From Squalus acanthias (lineage: Eukaryota), in assembly GCA_030390025.1 (NCBI GenBank), contig CM059432.1:69008001-69072000 (forward strand): a DNA stretch of 64,000 bases, written 5' to 3'. The notes below the pieces were generated by a model. That model saw only the letters and a list, made by a program, of their open reading frames with translations, did not search any database and was not told the origin of the DNA. This document shows positions 23,477 through 36,089 of the stretch, in pieces. The translations under genes and the position numbers were made by a program. Position 1 is the first letter of the stretch. Every line of letters begins with the position of its first letter.

Positions 23477-24918
23477 AATATCCTCACACCAGCAGGAGTT
23501 ACTGAACAACATTCACATAAAGGGAAACATGGCTGATTTCTTCCTCCCTAACCTAGGTTGCTGAGCCCAATTGTAGTAGCCCACTGCTGCCATGGCTGAG
23601 ATCAGTTAACTGAGCATAGACTAGAAATTGAACCTTGAATTTTTCCGGTCAGTATAGCTCAGCACTTCAAGGCACAGTGAATTTACCAATATGTCCTTGT
23701 CGTAGTTTGCAATTCTTGTTTTTTGACCCTTACTGTTTGAGTGCTACCATAGGCCTCACTGTTCCTGGACTAAACAAAAAGTATAATAATTTTTGTATCA
23801 GAGACCCTTCCCTTCCCTTCCAAATATTTTTTGTTCAATATTTTTGGTCATCACAATCAAAGTGAACGGTGTTGGTGCTGAAGCACTAAAATCAATGGAT
23901 GGAAATTCCTGCACACCAGAATTCCCAATGGGAAAATGTCCCAGTGCACCAACTTCTACACTTGGAGAGTGAATTTGTAAAACATACCCTTAAGTGTCAG
24001 CACCAAGCATCTACAAGTTGGGCTAGAGACCAATTATTCATCCACAATGCCATTTCCCTGGGTAATTCTTCTGAAACTCCATGGCCTTGCTACCACTTTT
24101 TCAACTTTCGAGAGCCCTGTTAAAATCCATCTAACTTATCAGTAAAGTAAAGCACTAAAAAGAAATGATATTGGAAAATTTAAGAAAAAATAGATCCCTT
24201 ATACATTTATTAGTGATCAATACCGCACTACAAGAGAAAACCTGGGAGCTGAAATCATGCTGGGAGACTTCATTAACAAGTGCATTAGCTCACTCATATG
24301 AAATCCATTGAATGTTGAAGAACAGTGTCCAAGCTATAGGCTATTGCGAGCCACTAGAATGATTAGTTGTGATGTAAAACATTGTTCACACATGTATTTT
24401 AGCACTTCACTTTTGGAAAAGATTCGGAATCTCATCACAGGACTTTTCAGACAATACAGGTTTTTGGTATTTTTTCCTGAGCAGCAACTTCAGCAGCACA
24501 GTAAAATAATGTACTCCTTAAATTCCATGTAAACTTGATAAACCTGACCTGATGTGTTGGGATATTTCTTTCCACCTTGCTACATTCAATCTTGCTGTAC
24601 ACTTTACCTCAGTGTTACATTAACATCCTTTCCTTTCCTATTTCTGTGCTCACGTGTGATTACATTTTTTTTGTAAGCATGGAAAAAATATATTTTATTC
24701 TATTCCATGTAAATCTCTATCATTTGCTCTTCTCCTTGTGCATAAATTCATGTTTCCATTCTACCTGATGTATTTGCAAATTTTCTTAGCTTGAGGACTA
24801 GAGAAAAGCTGAGAAAAGCTTTTTGTAAGTCAAGATGCTGGATAGTTTTCTATACCTTACACTGTACACTTAGCAGAGGCTCTATTTAAATGACATTTGA
24901 TACTTGTAATGAACTTAT

Positions 24919-25663
24919 GGGCCCAGAAATTGATCTCGCTCTGTTCCCGCGGGGGTAAGCCTTTCCCGCGATGTCTCACCTCGCTTATGCTTTTTCTGAT
25001 CCAGCTCGCACGAAATTGATGTTCCAGACATCAGCTGTGCTGGGCTTGCGTATCCCAGCGGCGTAGTTAATTCGTGCGAGCTGTGGGATCACGTGACTCA
25101 GTTAGAGCCAATGGCAGCACACCATCTTCCATTCATAAGTCTCACAGCATGGCTGAGAGACTTATGAATCTTACACCCCCCCAAAATAACAGCTAAACCT
25201 CAATTAAATTTAAAAAAAAAACCATCACATTAATAAAATAAGTATAGTTAATTAAATTAACCATTTTAAATAAAAAATTAAATTTTTGAAAAAATTTAAA
25301 ATCTTTTAAAAAGTTATAAAAATAAACTTACCTGTCTTTAAAGTCTATAAAAAAGATATACCTGTAAAAAAAAATTCAAAAAAATACTTAATTCACTACT
25401 TACCTTCTTAAAAGCGGGTCTTACTCCTCCTTTTTACATTTCCAAAATCTTCCCTACTTACCTGCGCGTCCAAAGCATGAAGTGCACAGCGTGCGCGCAG
25501 CCTGTAGCGCGCACGCGATGCACTCCGGCCCCGCCCCCTTTTCGGAAGAGCAATTGCCGGTTTTCAGCGCATGCGCAGGGCATGCAGAAAACCGGCAATT
25601 GGAGTGGGAATACGCGAGAGTACGCAGTGCGTACTCTCGCGTCCCGGGATCAATTTTCGGCCC
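24919..25663 (+). mobile_element. Complete Harbinger-type MITE
   Basis: TIR GGGCCCAGAAATTGATC / GATCAATTTTCGGCCC; second copy at 6878-8955. Confidence 0.88.
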
Positions 25664-26316
25664 ATTGTTTCTGTTTTACTTTAATGTCTCAATGTGAAAA
25701 ATTGTGTGTTGCAATAACATTGACAGTTATTTGCTAGACAGTTCAGAACTTTATTCAACACAAGACATTTTAAGTTGGCGTAAGTTAATATAGCAGTGAA
25801 ACTAGGTGACTGACAAGGTGAAAGGAATACTCAACAAAACGCTTTTGTTTTTGTTTACGTATTACAGGTATTCATGGAAACAACAACAAATGTCACTTGA
25901 AGCTTCAAATGGTGATAACATCTAGGGTCGACTTGTTTTCACCAGAATTAGTCACTGTTAACTCTGTGCTTCATGCATATATTTAGTGTTGAAAAATATT
26001 ACAATTAGACACTAAATCAAGATAATCTGATACATTTATTATTAAGTAGAATTTTAAATGATACATATAACTGGGTTAGACAGAACTGTTCAGTAAACAG
26101 ATCAGACATCATTAATGGGTCTTTCTTTCAATGAATATAATGCTAAGTGGGGGAATTGTGATGCCCCAGGGCATAAGATTTGGATTTATACTCATGATTC
26201 CTTTCACAGATAGTTTTTTTTATCTCCGTACAACATCTCAGGACATACCACCTGGAGGTAAAGCATTTTCTCCCAGAGAAGGGGAAAAAAAAAGTCACCC
26301 CTTATCTGCCTGTCAC

Positions 26317-26393
26317 CAGTATTAGCAGGGAGGTCTGGAAGCTGGTCATGCTCCACCGCCTTAGCTGGTCAATGATGCGCGATGCCAGGAGAC
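26317..26393 (-). CDS. Candidate host exon (LLASRIIDQLRRWSMTSFQTSLLIL)
   Basis: Strong acceptor TCTCTTCACTCTTTTAG; single open frame; GC-richer than flanks; GTGACA donor. Confidence 0.55.
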
Positions 26394-28039
26394 CTAAAAG
26401 AGTGAAGAGATAAATTCAAATTGAGATGACATTTTTCACAGTTTTTAGAATTCTTTTTTATTTTTGATCACTTTGGTTTAAAAAATCTAAAAGCATAGTG
26501 AATGCTCTTTGTTATATAGGTACAGAATGTTTTTGACCTATATGAGTAGGAAAGAGTTAAAACGACTAACCTTTTTTTCAAAGCTTTAATACTGAGAAAT
26601 GTAACTTCATATTGGAAGTGATTTGATTAGAGCCGAAGGAAAGGTAAAGATTACTTCAGTTGATTTAAAACTTTAAATACATGTAGTGGCAATGAATGAC
26701 CAACATTCTCTAATCTGCTTCCCTTGGAAGTAGAGGCAGATTAAAAGGAGCACACTTTGATCTTGTTGTATGAAGCAAAACATTTCAGCACCTGCCTTGA
26801 TTAATATACCCCATGATGTTTTTAATTTAATTATCCTTGTGACATTTATTAAAAAATTGTACATTTATTGAACTACTAGTACACATTAATTTACTTTACA
26901 ATGTCAATGTCAGCATGTTCACACATGAACACATAACACATCTTTTGACAAACAGACATAACAAATGCTCTTGGAGTAAAACATTTATTGAAGATAAATG
27001 AGTCAGGTTTCTAAACATTTTCATAACAATACACAGGCTTAGTGTTTCAAAGATTTAATGAAAAATATTTCTTTGTATAATTTTAAACTATTTTAGTGTG
27101 AAGTCAAAGGTTATTACAAAGTTAAGAAATGTTAATAATGAGTTATTTTAAGGGATATAAAAAGCCATCTGACAGTACTCTAACAGGCATCCATTCCCAA
27201 TGTTAAAGCTGCCAACTTTTCAAAGTTGGCAAGGTGTAACTTTTGGAGAAGGAGTAACAATATATTAGAGACCTGGCATAGAGTGGTTTTAGCTAAATTA
27301 TGGAGCATGGATAGCAATTACTATTATTTACAGTTGCAGATGATGGCCTAGAATTTCCTGGAGACTTGCACCATTAGAATGGCGCATCTACAGTGTTGTA
27401 AAAGTCCCAGGAAAATATAGCTTAAGTGAGTTACACTATTATTAACGCCGTGCACCACAATTTCCTGGGACTTTTGCGTCATTCCACTAGTACCCTCGTC
27501 AAAACCATGCAAAGTTATTTATCATAGCTCCCCCCTCCCCAGTGAACTTAATGGTGATCGTTAATTTCCTGGATTTACGTTAGTTTTCTTGCTCAACCAC
27601 TTAGACTGAAAAATAATGGTGCAGTGAATGTATTTAAATTCATGGGTTCAAAATAATTGATTAAAGTCAAATAAAATCTCTGTTCTTTCTTAGTATGTTT
27701 AATTATGAGCTAAAACCTATCAAAACAATTGTGTGTTAGGTTGAGTGTATATTGTGTGGACAGTGCCTGCATATGCAATTGATGAAAGTGGGGGTGAAAT
27801 TTTTTTTGGCCTGTTTTCGGGCCCAAAGTGGTTAGCGGGTTCATAGAAAGCACCATAAACCAGAGGTCCAAGGTGTGTTCAAAATTGGACCTCTTTTGTT
27901 TAAATAGCGAATTTTAAGGTAGTTTAAAGTTACTAACGTCATCTTTGAATAAATGGTAAAAAAATCTGTAACATAGAACATAGAAACAGGAGTAGGCCAA
28001 TGAGTCCCTCTTGCCTGTTCCACTATTCAATTAGATCAT

Positions 28040-28141
28040 AAATGAGAAGTCGCACAACACCAGGTTATAGTCCAACAGATTTATTTAATTTTACAAGCTT
28101 TCGGAGCGATTCGCTCCTTCCTCAGGTAAGTTAGCAGTCTT
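28040..28141 (-). mobile_element. Solo Penelope pLTR fragment with hammerhead motif (family of 7979-8560)
   Basis: Near identical to 7979-8068; TSD ATTAGATCAT (28030-28039, 28142-28151). Confidence 0.9.
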
Positions 28142-28639
28142 ATTAGATCATGGCTGGTCTGTATCTTAACTCCATTTACCTGCCTTGATTCCATATCCCT
28201 TAATACCCTTCCTTACCTAACAAAAGTCTATCAATCTCAGTTTTGACATTTTCAATTGACCGAGCCTCAACATGTTTTGGGGGAGAGAGTTACAGATTTT
28301 CACTACTCTTTGTGTGAAGAAGTGCTTTCTGACATCACCCCTGAATGGCTTAGCTCTAATTTTAAATTTATGCCCCTTTGTTCTGGACTCCCCCACCAGA
28401 GGAAATAGTTTCTCTCTATCTACCTTATCAAATCCTTTAATTATCTTAAATACCTCAATTAGATCACCCCTTAATCCTCTTTACTCAACAGCATTCAAGT
28501 CTAGTCTATGCAACCTGTCCTCATAATTTATCCCTTTTAGCTCCGGTATCATTCTGGTGAATCTGTGCTGCAGCCCCTTCAAGACCAAGATATCCTTCCT
28601 GAGCTGCGATGCCCAAAACTGAATGCAGTACTCCACATT

Positions 28640-31398
28640 ATTTTTTATTCACTCACGGGATGTAGGTTTTGCCGGCAAGGCCAGCACTTATTGCCCATCC
28701 CTAATTGTCTTTGAGAAGGTGGTGATGAGCCACCTTCTTGAACCGCAGCAGTCCAAGTGGTGAAGGTACTCCCACAGTGCTGTTAGGAAGGGAATACCAG
28801 GATTTTGATCCAGCAACGATGAATGAACAGCGATATACTTCCAAGTCAGGATGTTGTGTGACTTGGAGGGAAACTTGGCGAGTTGCTGCAATATATCTTG
28901 CAGATGGTACATACTGCAGCCACGGTGTGCCGGTGGTGGAGGGAGTGAATGTTGAAGGTGATGGATGGGGTGCCAATCAAGCGGACTGCTTTGACCTGGA
29001 TGATGTCGAGCTTCTTGAGTGTTGTTGGAGCTGCACTCATCCAGGGAGGTGGAGAGTATTCCATCACACTCCTGACTTGTGCCTTATAGATGATGAAAAG
29101 GCTTTGGGGAGTCAGGAGCAATGTTCCCTGTAAGTTGCTGGGAACCTGCGCAGCCGACTTGCCGGCTTTTCAATGTAAAAACCGGGCCAAAAAAAAGTAC
29201 AGGGTGCATTGGTCAGGAGGTGAGTCACTTGCCACAGAATACCCAGCCTCTGACCTGCTCTTGTAGCCACAGTATTTATAAGGCTGGTCCAGTTAAATTT
29301 CTGGTCAATGGTGACCCCCCCCAGGGTGTTTATTGTGGGGGATTCGGTGATGGTAATGCCATTGAATATCAAGGTGAGGTGGTTAGACTCTTGTTGGAGA
29401 TGGCCATTGCCTGGCACTTGTGTGGCGTGAATGTTACTTGCCACTTATCAGCCCAAGTCTGAATGTCGTCCAGGGCTTGCTGCATGTGGGCATGGATTGC
29501 TTCATTATCTGAGGAGTTGCGAATAGAATTGAACCCTATGCAATCATCAGTGAACATCCCCACTTCTGACCTTATGATGGAAGGAAGGTCATTGATGAAG
29601 CAGCTGAAGATGGTTGGGCCAAGGACACTGCCCTGAGGAACTCCTGCAGTGATGTCCTGGGGCTGAGATGATTGGCCTCCAATAACCACAACCATCTTCT
29701 TTTGTGCTAGTTATGACTTCAGCCAGTGGAGAGTTTTTACCCTGATTCCCATTGACTTCAATTTTACTAGGGCTCCTTGATGCCACACTTGTTCAAATGC
29801 TGCCTTGATGTCAAGGGCAGTCATTCTCACCTCAACTCTGGAATTCAGCTCTTGTCCATGTTTGGACCAAGGCTGTAATGAGGTCTGGAGCCGAGTAATC
29901 CTGGCGGAATCCAAACTGAGCATCGGTGAGCAGGTTATTGGTGAGTAAGCACTGTCGACGACCCCTTCCATCACTTTGCTGATGATTGAGAGTAGGTTGA
30001 TGGGGCGGTAATTGGCCAGATTGGATTTGTCCTGCTTTTTGTGGACAGGACATACCTGGGCAATTTTCCACTTTGTCGGGTAGATGTCAATGTTGTAGCT
30101 GTACTGGAACAGCTTGGCTAGAGGCACGGCTAGTTCTGGAGAACAAGTCTTCAGCACTACAGCCAGGATGTTTCCAGGGCCCACTGCCTTTGCTGTATCC
30201 AGTTCGCTCAGCCATTTCTTGATATCACATGGAGTGAATTGAATTGGCTGAAGACTGGCTTCTGTGATGGCGGTGATCTCAGAAGGAGGTCGAGATGGAT
30301 CATCCACTCGACACTTCTAGCTGAAGATGATTGCGAAGGATTCAGCCTTGTCTTTTGCACTTAGGCGCTGGGCTTTTTAAAAATTCATTCATGGGATGTG
30401 GGCATCGCTGGCAAGGCCAGCATTTATTGCCCATCCCTAGCTGCCCTTGAGAAGGTGGTGGTGAGCCACCTTCTTGAATTGCTGCAGTCCGTGTGGTGAA
30501 GGTACTCCCACAGTGCTGTTAGGGAGGGAGTTCCAGGATTTTGACCCAGCGACGATGAAGGAATGACGATATACTTCCAAGTCAGGATGGTGTGTGACTT
30601 GGAGGTGCGCCTGCTGCCCTTGTCTTTCTAGGTGGAAGAGGTCGCGGTTTTGGGAGGTGCTGCCGAAGAAGCCTTGGCGAGTTGCTGCAGTGCATCTTGT
30701 AGATGGTACACACTGCTACCACGGTATGCCGGTGGTGGAGGGAGTGAATGTTTAAGGTGGTGGATGGTGTGCCAATCAAGCGGGCTGCTTTGTCCTGGAT
30801 GGTGTCGAGCTTCTTGAGTGTTGTTGGAGCTGCACTTATCCAGGCAAGTGGAGAGTATTCCATCACATTCCTGACTTGTGCCTTGTAGATGGTGGAAAGG
30901 CTTTGGGGAGTCAGGAGGTGAGACACTCGCCGCAGAATATCTAACCTCTGACCTGTTCTTGTTGCCACAGTATGTGGCTGGTTCTGTTAAGTTTCTGGTC
31001 AATGGTGACCCCCAGGTTGTTGATGGTGGTGGATTCGGCGATGGTAATGCTGTTGAATGTCAAGGGGCAGTGGTTAGACTCTCGCTTGTTGGAGATAGTC
31101 ATTGCCTGGCACTTGTGTGGCACGAATGTTACCTGCCACTTATCAGCCCAAGCCTGAATGTCATCCAGGTCTTGTTGCATGCGGGCATAGACTGCTTCAT
31201 TATCTGAGGAGTTGCGAATTGCACTGAACACTATGCAGTCATCAGCGAACATCCCCATTTCTGACCTTATGTTGGAGGGAAAGTCATTGATGAAGCAGCT
31301 GAAGATGGTTGGGCCTAGGACACTGCCCTGAGGAACTCCTGCAGCGATGTCCTGGGACTGAGATGATTGACCTCCAACCACCACAACCATCTTCCTTC
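28640..31398 (-). mobile_element. Two head-to-tail copies (~28640-30375, ~30376-31398) of a second CR1-group LINE family, clade unassigned
   Basis: ALDIKAAF, GVPQGSVLGP, FADD, YKAQVRSVMEYS; shared 3' end GGATGGGCAATAA..CACATCCC. Confidence 0.9.
29119..29211. mobile_element. 93-bp hAT-type MITE
   Basis: TIR CAATGTTCCCTGT / ACAGGGTGCATTG; perfect 8-bp TSD GTCAGGAG; absent from paralogous LINE copies. Confidence 0.88.
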
Positions 31399-31799
31399 AT
31401 TGAGGATTGATGTGTTCATGGAGTAGATGGGGTCTAACCAGAGCTTTGTACAACTGTGACATAACTTCTACCCTTTTGTATTCCGGTCAACATTTCATTA
31501 GCCTTTAAAATTATTTTTTGCACCTGTCCACTAGTTTTTAGTGATTTCTGTACACGGACCCCTAAATCCCTCCGCTCCTTCACAGATCCTAGCTTCTCCT
31601 CATTTAGAAAATACTCTGATCTATCTTTCTTAGGTCCAAGGTGGAGGACCTCACACTTCTCTGCACTGAACTCCATCTGCCACAGTTTTGCCCACTCACT
31701 TAATCTATCAATGTCCCTTTGCAAATTTCTGCTCCCATCTACTTACTGTGCCACCTAACTTAGTGTTGTCACCAAACTTGAATATACTGCCAATATATA

Positions 31800-34700
31800 T
31801 TGGGATCAAAAACCTGGGCCCTAGTGGATGTCCCTGGTTTCCCAGAAGCCATTCCTCCATGGACATCTGTCCCTCAAACAAAGGTGGTACCTCTAACTGT
31901 CGCAGAATTTAAGAATTGTTTCCTGACATCAGCCTGTATGAGATGCCTGTGTCACAAAGAAGCTGAAAAATTATTATTCCAATTGATAAATGCCACTGGA
32001 TTAACCTGTATGGCCACAGGAGTGGCATCAATTAGGCCTTGTACCTAGGGATTCCTGTCATCCTGTCGAAGTGCTGAGCTATCTTGAGCAGGTGATAAAG
32101 CCATTTACTCATTTAAACATAGCCTGAGTGACTAGATTGATGCAGCAATACACTGCATGCTGGCTGATCTGACAGATGTCCCTCAAGCCAGGCGGAGCAG
32201 TGCTGATCTTGGATGTGAGCTGCAGGTCTTTCCCTAAGAGACAACGTAGCTCCAAAACTGCCGCCCTAGTGAACCTGTATCTTCGGAGACACACCTCCTA
32301 TGACATCTCCAAGAAACTGGGCTCAATTTTAATAGCCCTGAGGAGACGAGTTTGGAGGCGGGTCTGTTGGGAAAATCAGGAAAAATGGCTTCAGACACCC
32401 AACCCGCCTCCATCCCGCCCCCACCTGATTTTCCTGAGTGTCTATTTAGCTGCTCCCAAACTGACCCGTCTCCAACTGGTGGGACGGGTAGTTAAGGCAG
32501 TTAACAGCCTGTTAACTGCCTTGCTAATCCTATTTTCATAGTGGTTTCCCATTTTCCTGCTACTGGCTCCTGTTTCCTGACTAGTCAGAAACAGGCCAGG
32601 TTCAAGGAGACGAGTTGCTGGAGGACATGATTTGTATGCATTGGTGGAGCACTTTAACAGCGCCCCTGAAACATGGCTGACATTCAAATGCAACAACTTT
32701 GCTGTTGTAGGTATGGGATAACATTTTTCACATCTACTGACCTTCTGACTGTGCATGCTGACACCCATCTGCAGTGTGTCATGAATGGAATTATTTCAGG
32801 CCAATTCGACTGTGTGTTTGCAAGATTGTTACCTCAATTGAAATCTATAGCAAGGGGATGGGAAACATTTATGCCCTCTCATCCTGGTCCTCATAATCGG
32901 GGGAGTAGCAGCCACGTGGCTCAGCGCAGATCTTCCTGGGAAGAGGAGTAGGAGGAGGACGAGGGGAGCCTTGCATGCCCTGTTGTGACCAATGCAGCAT
33001 CTCTCCAGTTCACTGCTGCCCGTCAACCAGGGTATGCACACTGCCATGCCACACTACCATAAGCTTACTCTTCAACCATAGGTGGCCACGATATGGCTCT
33101 GTAATTGCAGGCGACACTTGTCCAACGTCATACTTCATCTCTGCTATACCCTCTTATTTCCTATCACGTTACCATCAGCATTACAAATGTAAGTCGCCTT
33201 GAGCCCTCAATGCACTTTTGCCATTTCCTAGAATACATAGGCCACACAATCAAATGTTTGCAATAATTTCTCTTTAACACTTGACAAAATATACCAACAA
33301 CAGTCAGAAAAAAAAAGAAACATCACCCAAGTAAGTCCCCTTGTGACTAAAGGTGCTTACTTTTTCTCTTACGCGTGCTTCTATGTGGTGCTTCCCCTGT
33401 GGCATCAGCAGATGTAGAGACACCTTGCTGACTAGGATGCTGCTCCTGCTTAGACGCCTTTGGTGGGTGTCTTCTGGGTTTGGGAGCCTGGGAGGGCTCT
33501 TCAACAGTTTGCTCTTCCTGCAGCTGTGCAGGGGCTGAAACAGCCATCTCAGTTGTCTCTGCAAAGTGGGTCTCTGACCGAGGGCTCCGTAGTGGCATGG
33601 TCGTGCAAGCGCTTTGAGAGGAGCCCACACTTCCTTCTGTCCTGCCAACAGCATCCCTCTCATGGGTTAGCTGCACCTCAGTGCTGGCAAGTGGCAGGAG
33701 AGCACCTTGCTGCACTTCAGGGGGGCCATGAGGACCTGTATCTGCACTGGCAGTCCTCATCAAAAGGATGTCCATGAAGCTCAATAGCTGCCCATCGCTC
33801 CTCCAGAGATGACAATCTATTCTGAACAGTCACCATGTTTTCCTGACTCTGGTGACTTATTTCCTCCATGGTCGTAGCCATCCTTTCCGCGAAGGTTGCC
33901 ATCCTATCCATGGTGGTGTTCATGTGCCATTGCCTCCACCACGGCAGTGCTAATGTTAGAGATGGACTCCTCCATTCTCACCACCCTCGCACTAACCCTG
34001 GAGGCAAACCCTTCCAGAGACACCTGCACTTGTTCCTGTATTTCACAAACCTCTCTTTTTCTGGTTGGCCCCAGAGGCACAGCATCTGCTTGTAGCTCAG
34101 CAGAGCTAGGAGAGTCCTGCGACCTCCGAGGAGGACTCTCCACTGCTGTCGCTGTCTCCACCATCTGCTGATGCTCACTTGTGCACTGTGATAGACCAGG
34201 TGGCAACACTACTCTAACTTACGAGAGCCCCACCGAGGTGTGCGTTGCTGCGCTGGTGCTGGGTGCGCTGAGTCCTGGTGACGCTGCTCCCTCAGAGGCT
34301 TCAGATTCCTCTGAGGAGATGTCCGGGTCTTCGTCCTGGATCGTGGGGAGGGGGCGCTCGATGGTCCTGTGGGAGAGTAAAGGCTTGAATTAGACATCTG
34401 ATATTGATGTAGCAGACACATCCTTTTGAGCAGATGATACAATGCGATTCTCTATGAACATCATATTCCATTGCTTTCTGAGAGGGATGAAACTCTATTA
34501 TGTCACCAGCTTCCCCTAGTGTGCCCGTCTCTCCATCGCCCACTTCCAGGTCCTCGCCACCTCCAACAATTTCGTTTGCTGCCTCCTCAGCACGGGTCAA
34601 TGTTGCAAGGGAAGCTGTTTCTCCTCCAGTCAGTGCTCTCTCCCTCTTATTGTGGGCTATCTTTCCCTGCAAGGAGGGACACAAGTGGTGTTTCAACCAC

Positions 34701-35600
34701 AGTGATGGAGTGAGTGTGAAGAATCCCTAACATAGAAGCTTTGAGTGAGATGAAGATGGGGTAAGGTGCCAAGAGGAAGGCAGCTCCCTGTGCGTTGTTA
34801 GTTGTTGTCACTGCATGACAGTGAGAGCGAGTCTAAGGGGTGCATAGGCAGGATGCTGAAGTGATTCAGTGCAGAGACGGAGATGGATAGGAAAGGGTGC
34901 AAGGGAAGTAAGAGTAAGGTGGGATGTGAAGGAGGAGGCTTACAATGCAGAGTGCTGGTGATGAGAAGAGAAGGGAAGCAGAGTGAAGGCAAGTGAGATG
35001 GGATACTCACTTTTGATGTTCTCACAAGATCATTAAACCTTTTGTGGCACTGGATCCATGACCGTGCATAAATGCACCTTGCGCTCACCTCCTGAGCAAT
35101 GTGCAGCTAGGCTGCCTTGGTCTGCTGAGGAGGCTTCCTCCAGCCATCAGGAGGGAAGAGAATCTCCCTGTGCCCTCTGACAGAATCGACAAGAACTTGG
35201 AGGGACTCATCAATAAACTGAGGAGCTGCCTTGCCTCTGGAAGAAGTCATAGCTGTGAAAAGAAGTGCAGGAAACCACAATGGAAAGGCTCAGGCTGGAA
35301 GGCAGCTTTAAAAGCAGCTGCTATTATGACGTCATCAGAGGCGGCCAGCCGGCCCGATCCCACTCATTGGACCGGCCAGCGGCCTCCATGAAATTAACAA
35401 GGTTCTTGAATAAAAATCGCAACTCTGCAGCTGTTCCCGCCGGAAGCGGCTCCCGAACCTGCCCACCATGCAACCCGACTCCAACCCGCCTCGGGACTTA
35501 AAATCGAGCCCACTGTGTCTGGACCAGTATACCCATGTCTTTCTGTACTGCACCTCCTGCGCTGCAGGTAAACCTGCCTGTTCTGCTGCTGGGCCATTTT
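31800..35600 (-). pseudogene. Degenerate Harbinger transposase E (parts ~31800-32318 and ~35512-35600), split by element D
   Basis: RH|SFLEMS..CLRRYRFTRAAVLEL across the insertion; VPPLFEG..WLLGNQGHPL. Confidence 0.8.
32319..35511. mobile_element. Harbinger D: Myb gene retained but degenerate, transposase almost wholly deleted
   Basis: TIR GGGCTCAATTTTAA / TTAAAATCGAGCCC; ACT TSD; Myb exons 35250-35011, 34666-34507 and ~34366-33347 on minus. Confidence 0.92.
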
Positions 35601-36089
35601 CTCTTCTTCTCTAACTTGTGAGGAGCTGGCAGAATCCTTAAAGGAATGCCTATGGTGTTGGTAGGTTAGCTAGTGCAGAAGTGACGTTCCCAAACAAATA
35701 TAAACAAAACGGATAACCGGTTCCAAAATACAAAGCACAAGCAGGAGCGAAACGTGCTACACACATTTCAGAAGCTAACTCTTATCGGCACTGATTTCAT
35801 ATGGATGAAGAGGAGTCACAAAAGCTGCTAGATCTGGCATAGAAGTCATTAAAATAATTTTGGTAGGTTTAATGAGGCTTATGCTGGTCATCAGCACAAC
35901 CTCCAGAATCTCTGAATTTTGTTTTGCTGAAATGCAATGTGCTGAGAATTAGATTCATTGGCCTGTGTGACTCACACTTGCTGCTCTTTAGGGTTAGGGA
36001 AGTCTAATCAAGTGGCTTATGTAGATGAGAGATTAATAAAACTGGACGCAATTTCAGTCTGCTGGGATAACACCAGAAATGGTAGAATG

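Larger units (their letters stand above)
27970..31790 (-). mobile_element. CR1 LINE split by Penelope and other LINE insertions (CR1 parts ~27970-28638 and ~31400-31790)
   Basis: [20 protein letters not shown]1 3' end at 27970. Confidence 0.85.

Noticed and set aside
23987..24116. Minus-strand exon-like segment with good splice signals
   Set aside because: Stop codons in all three frames
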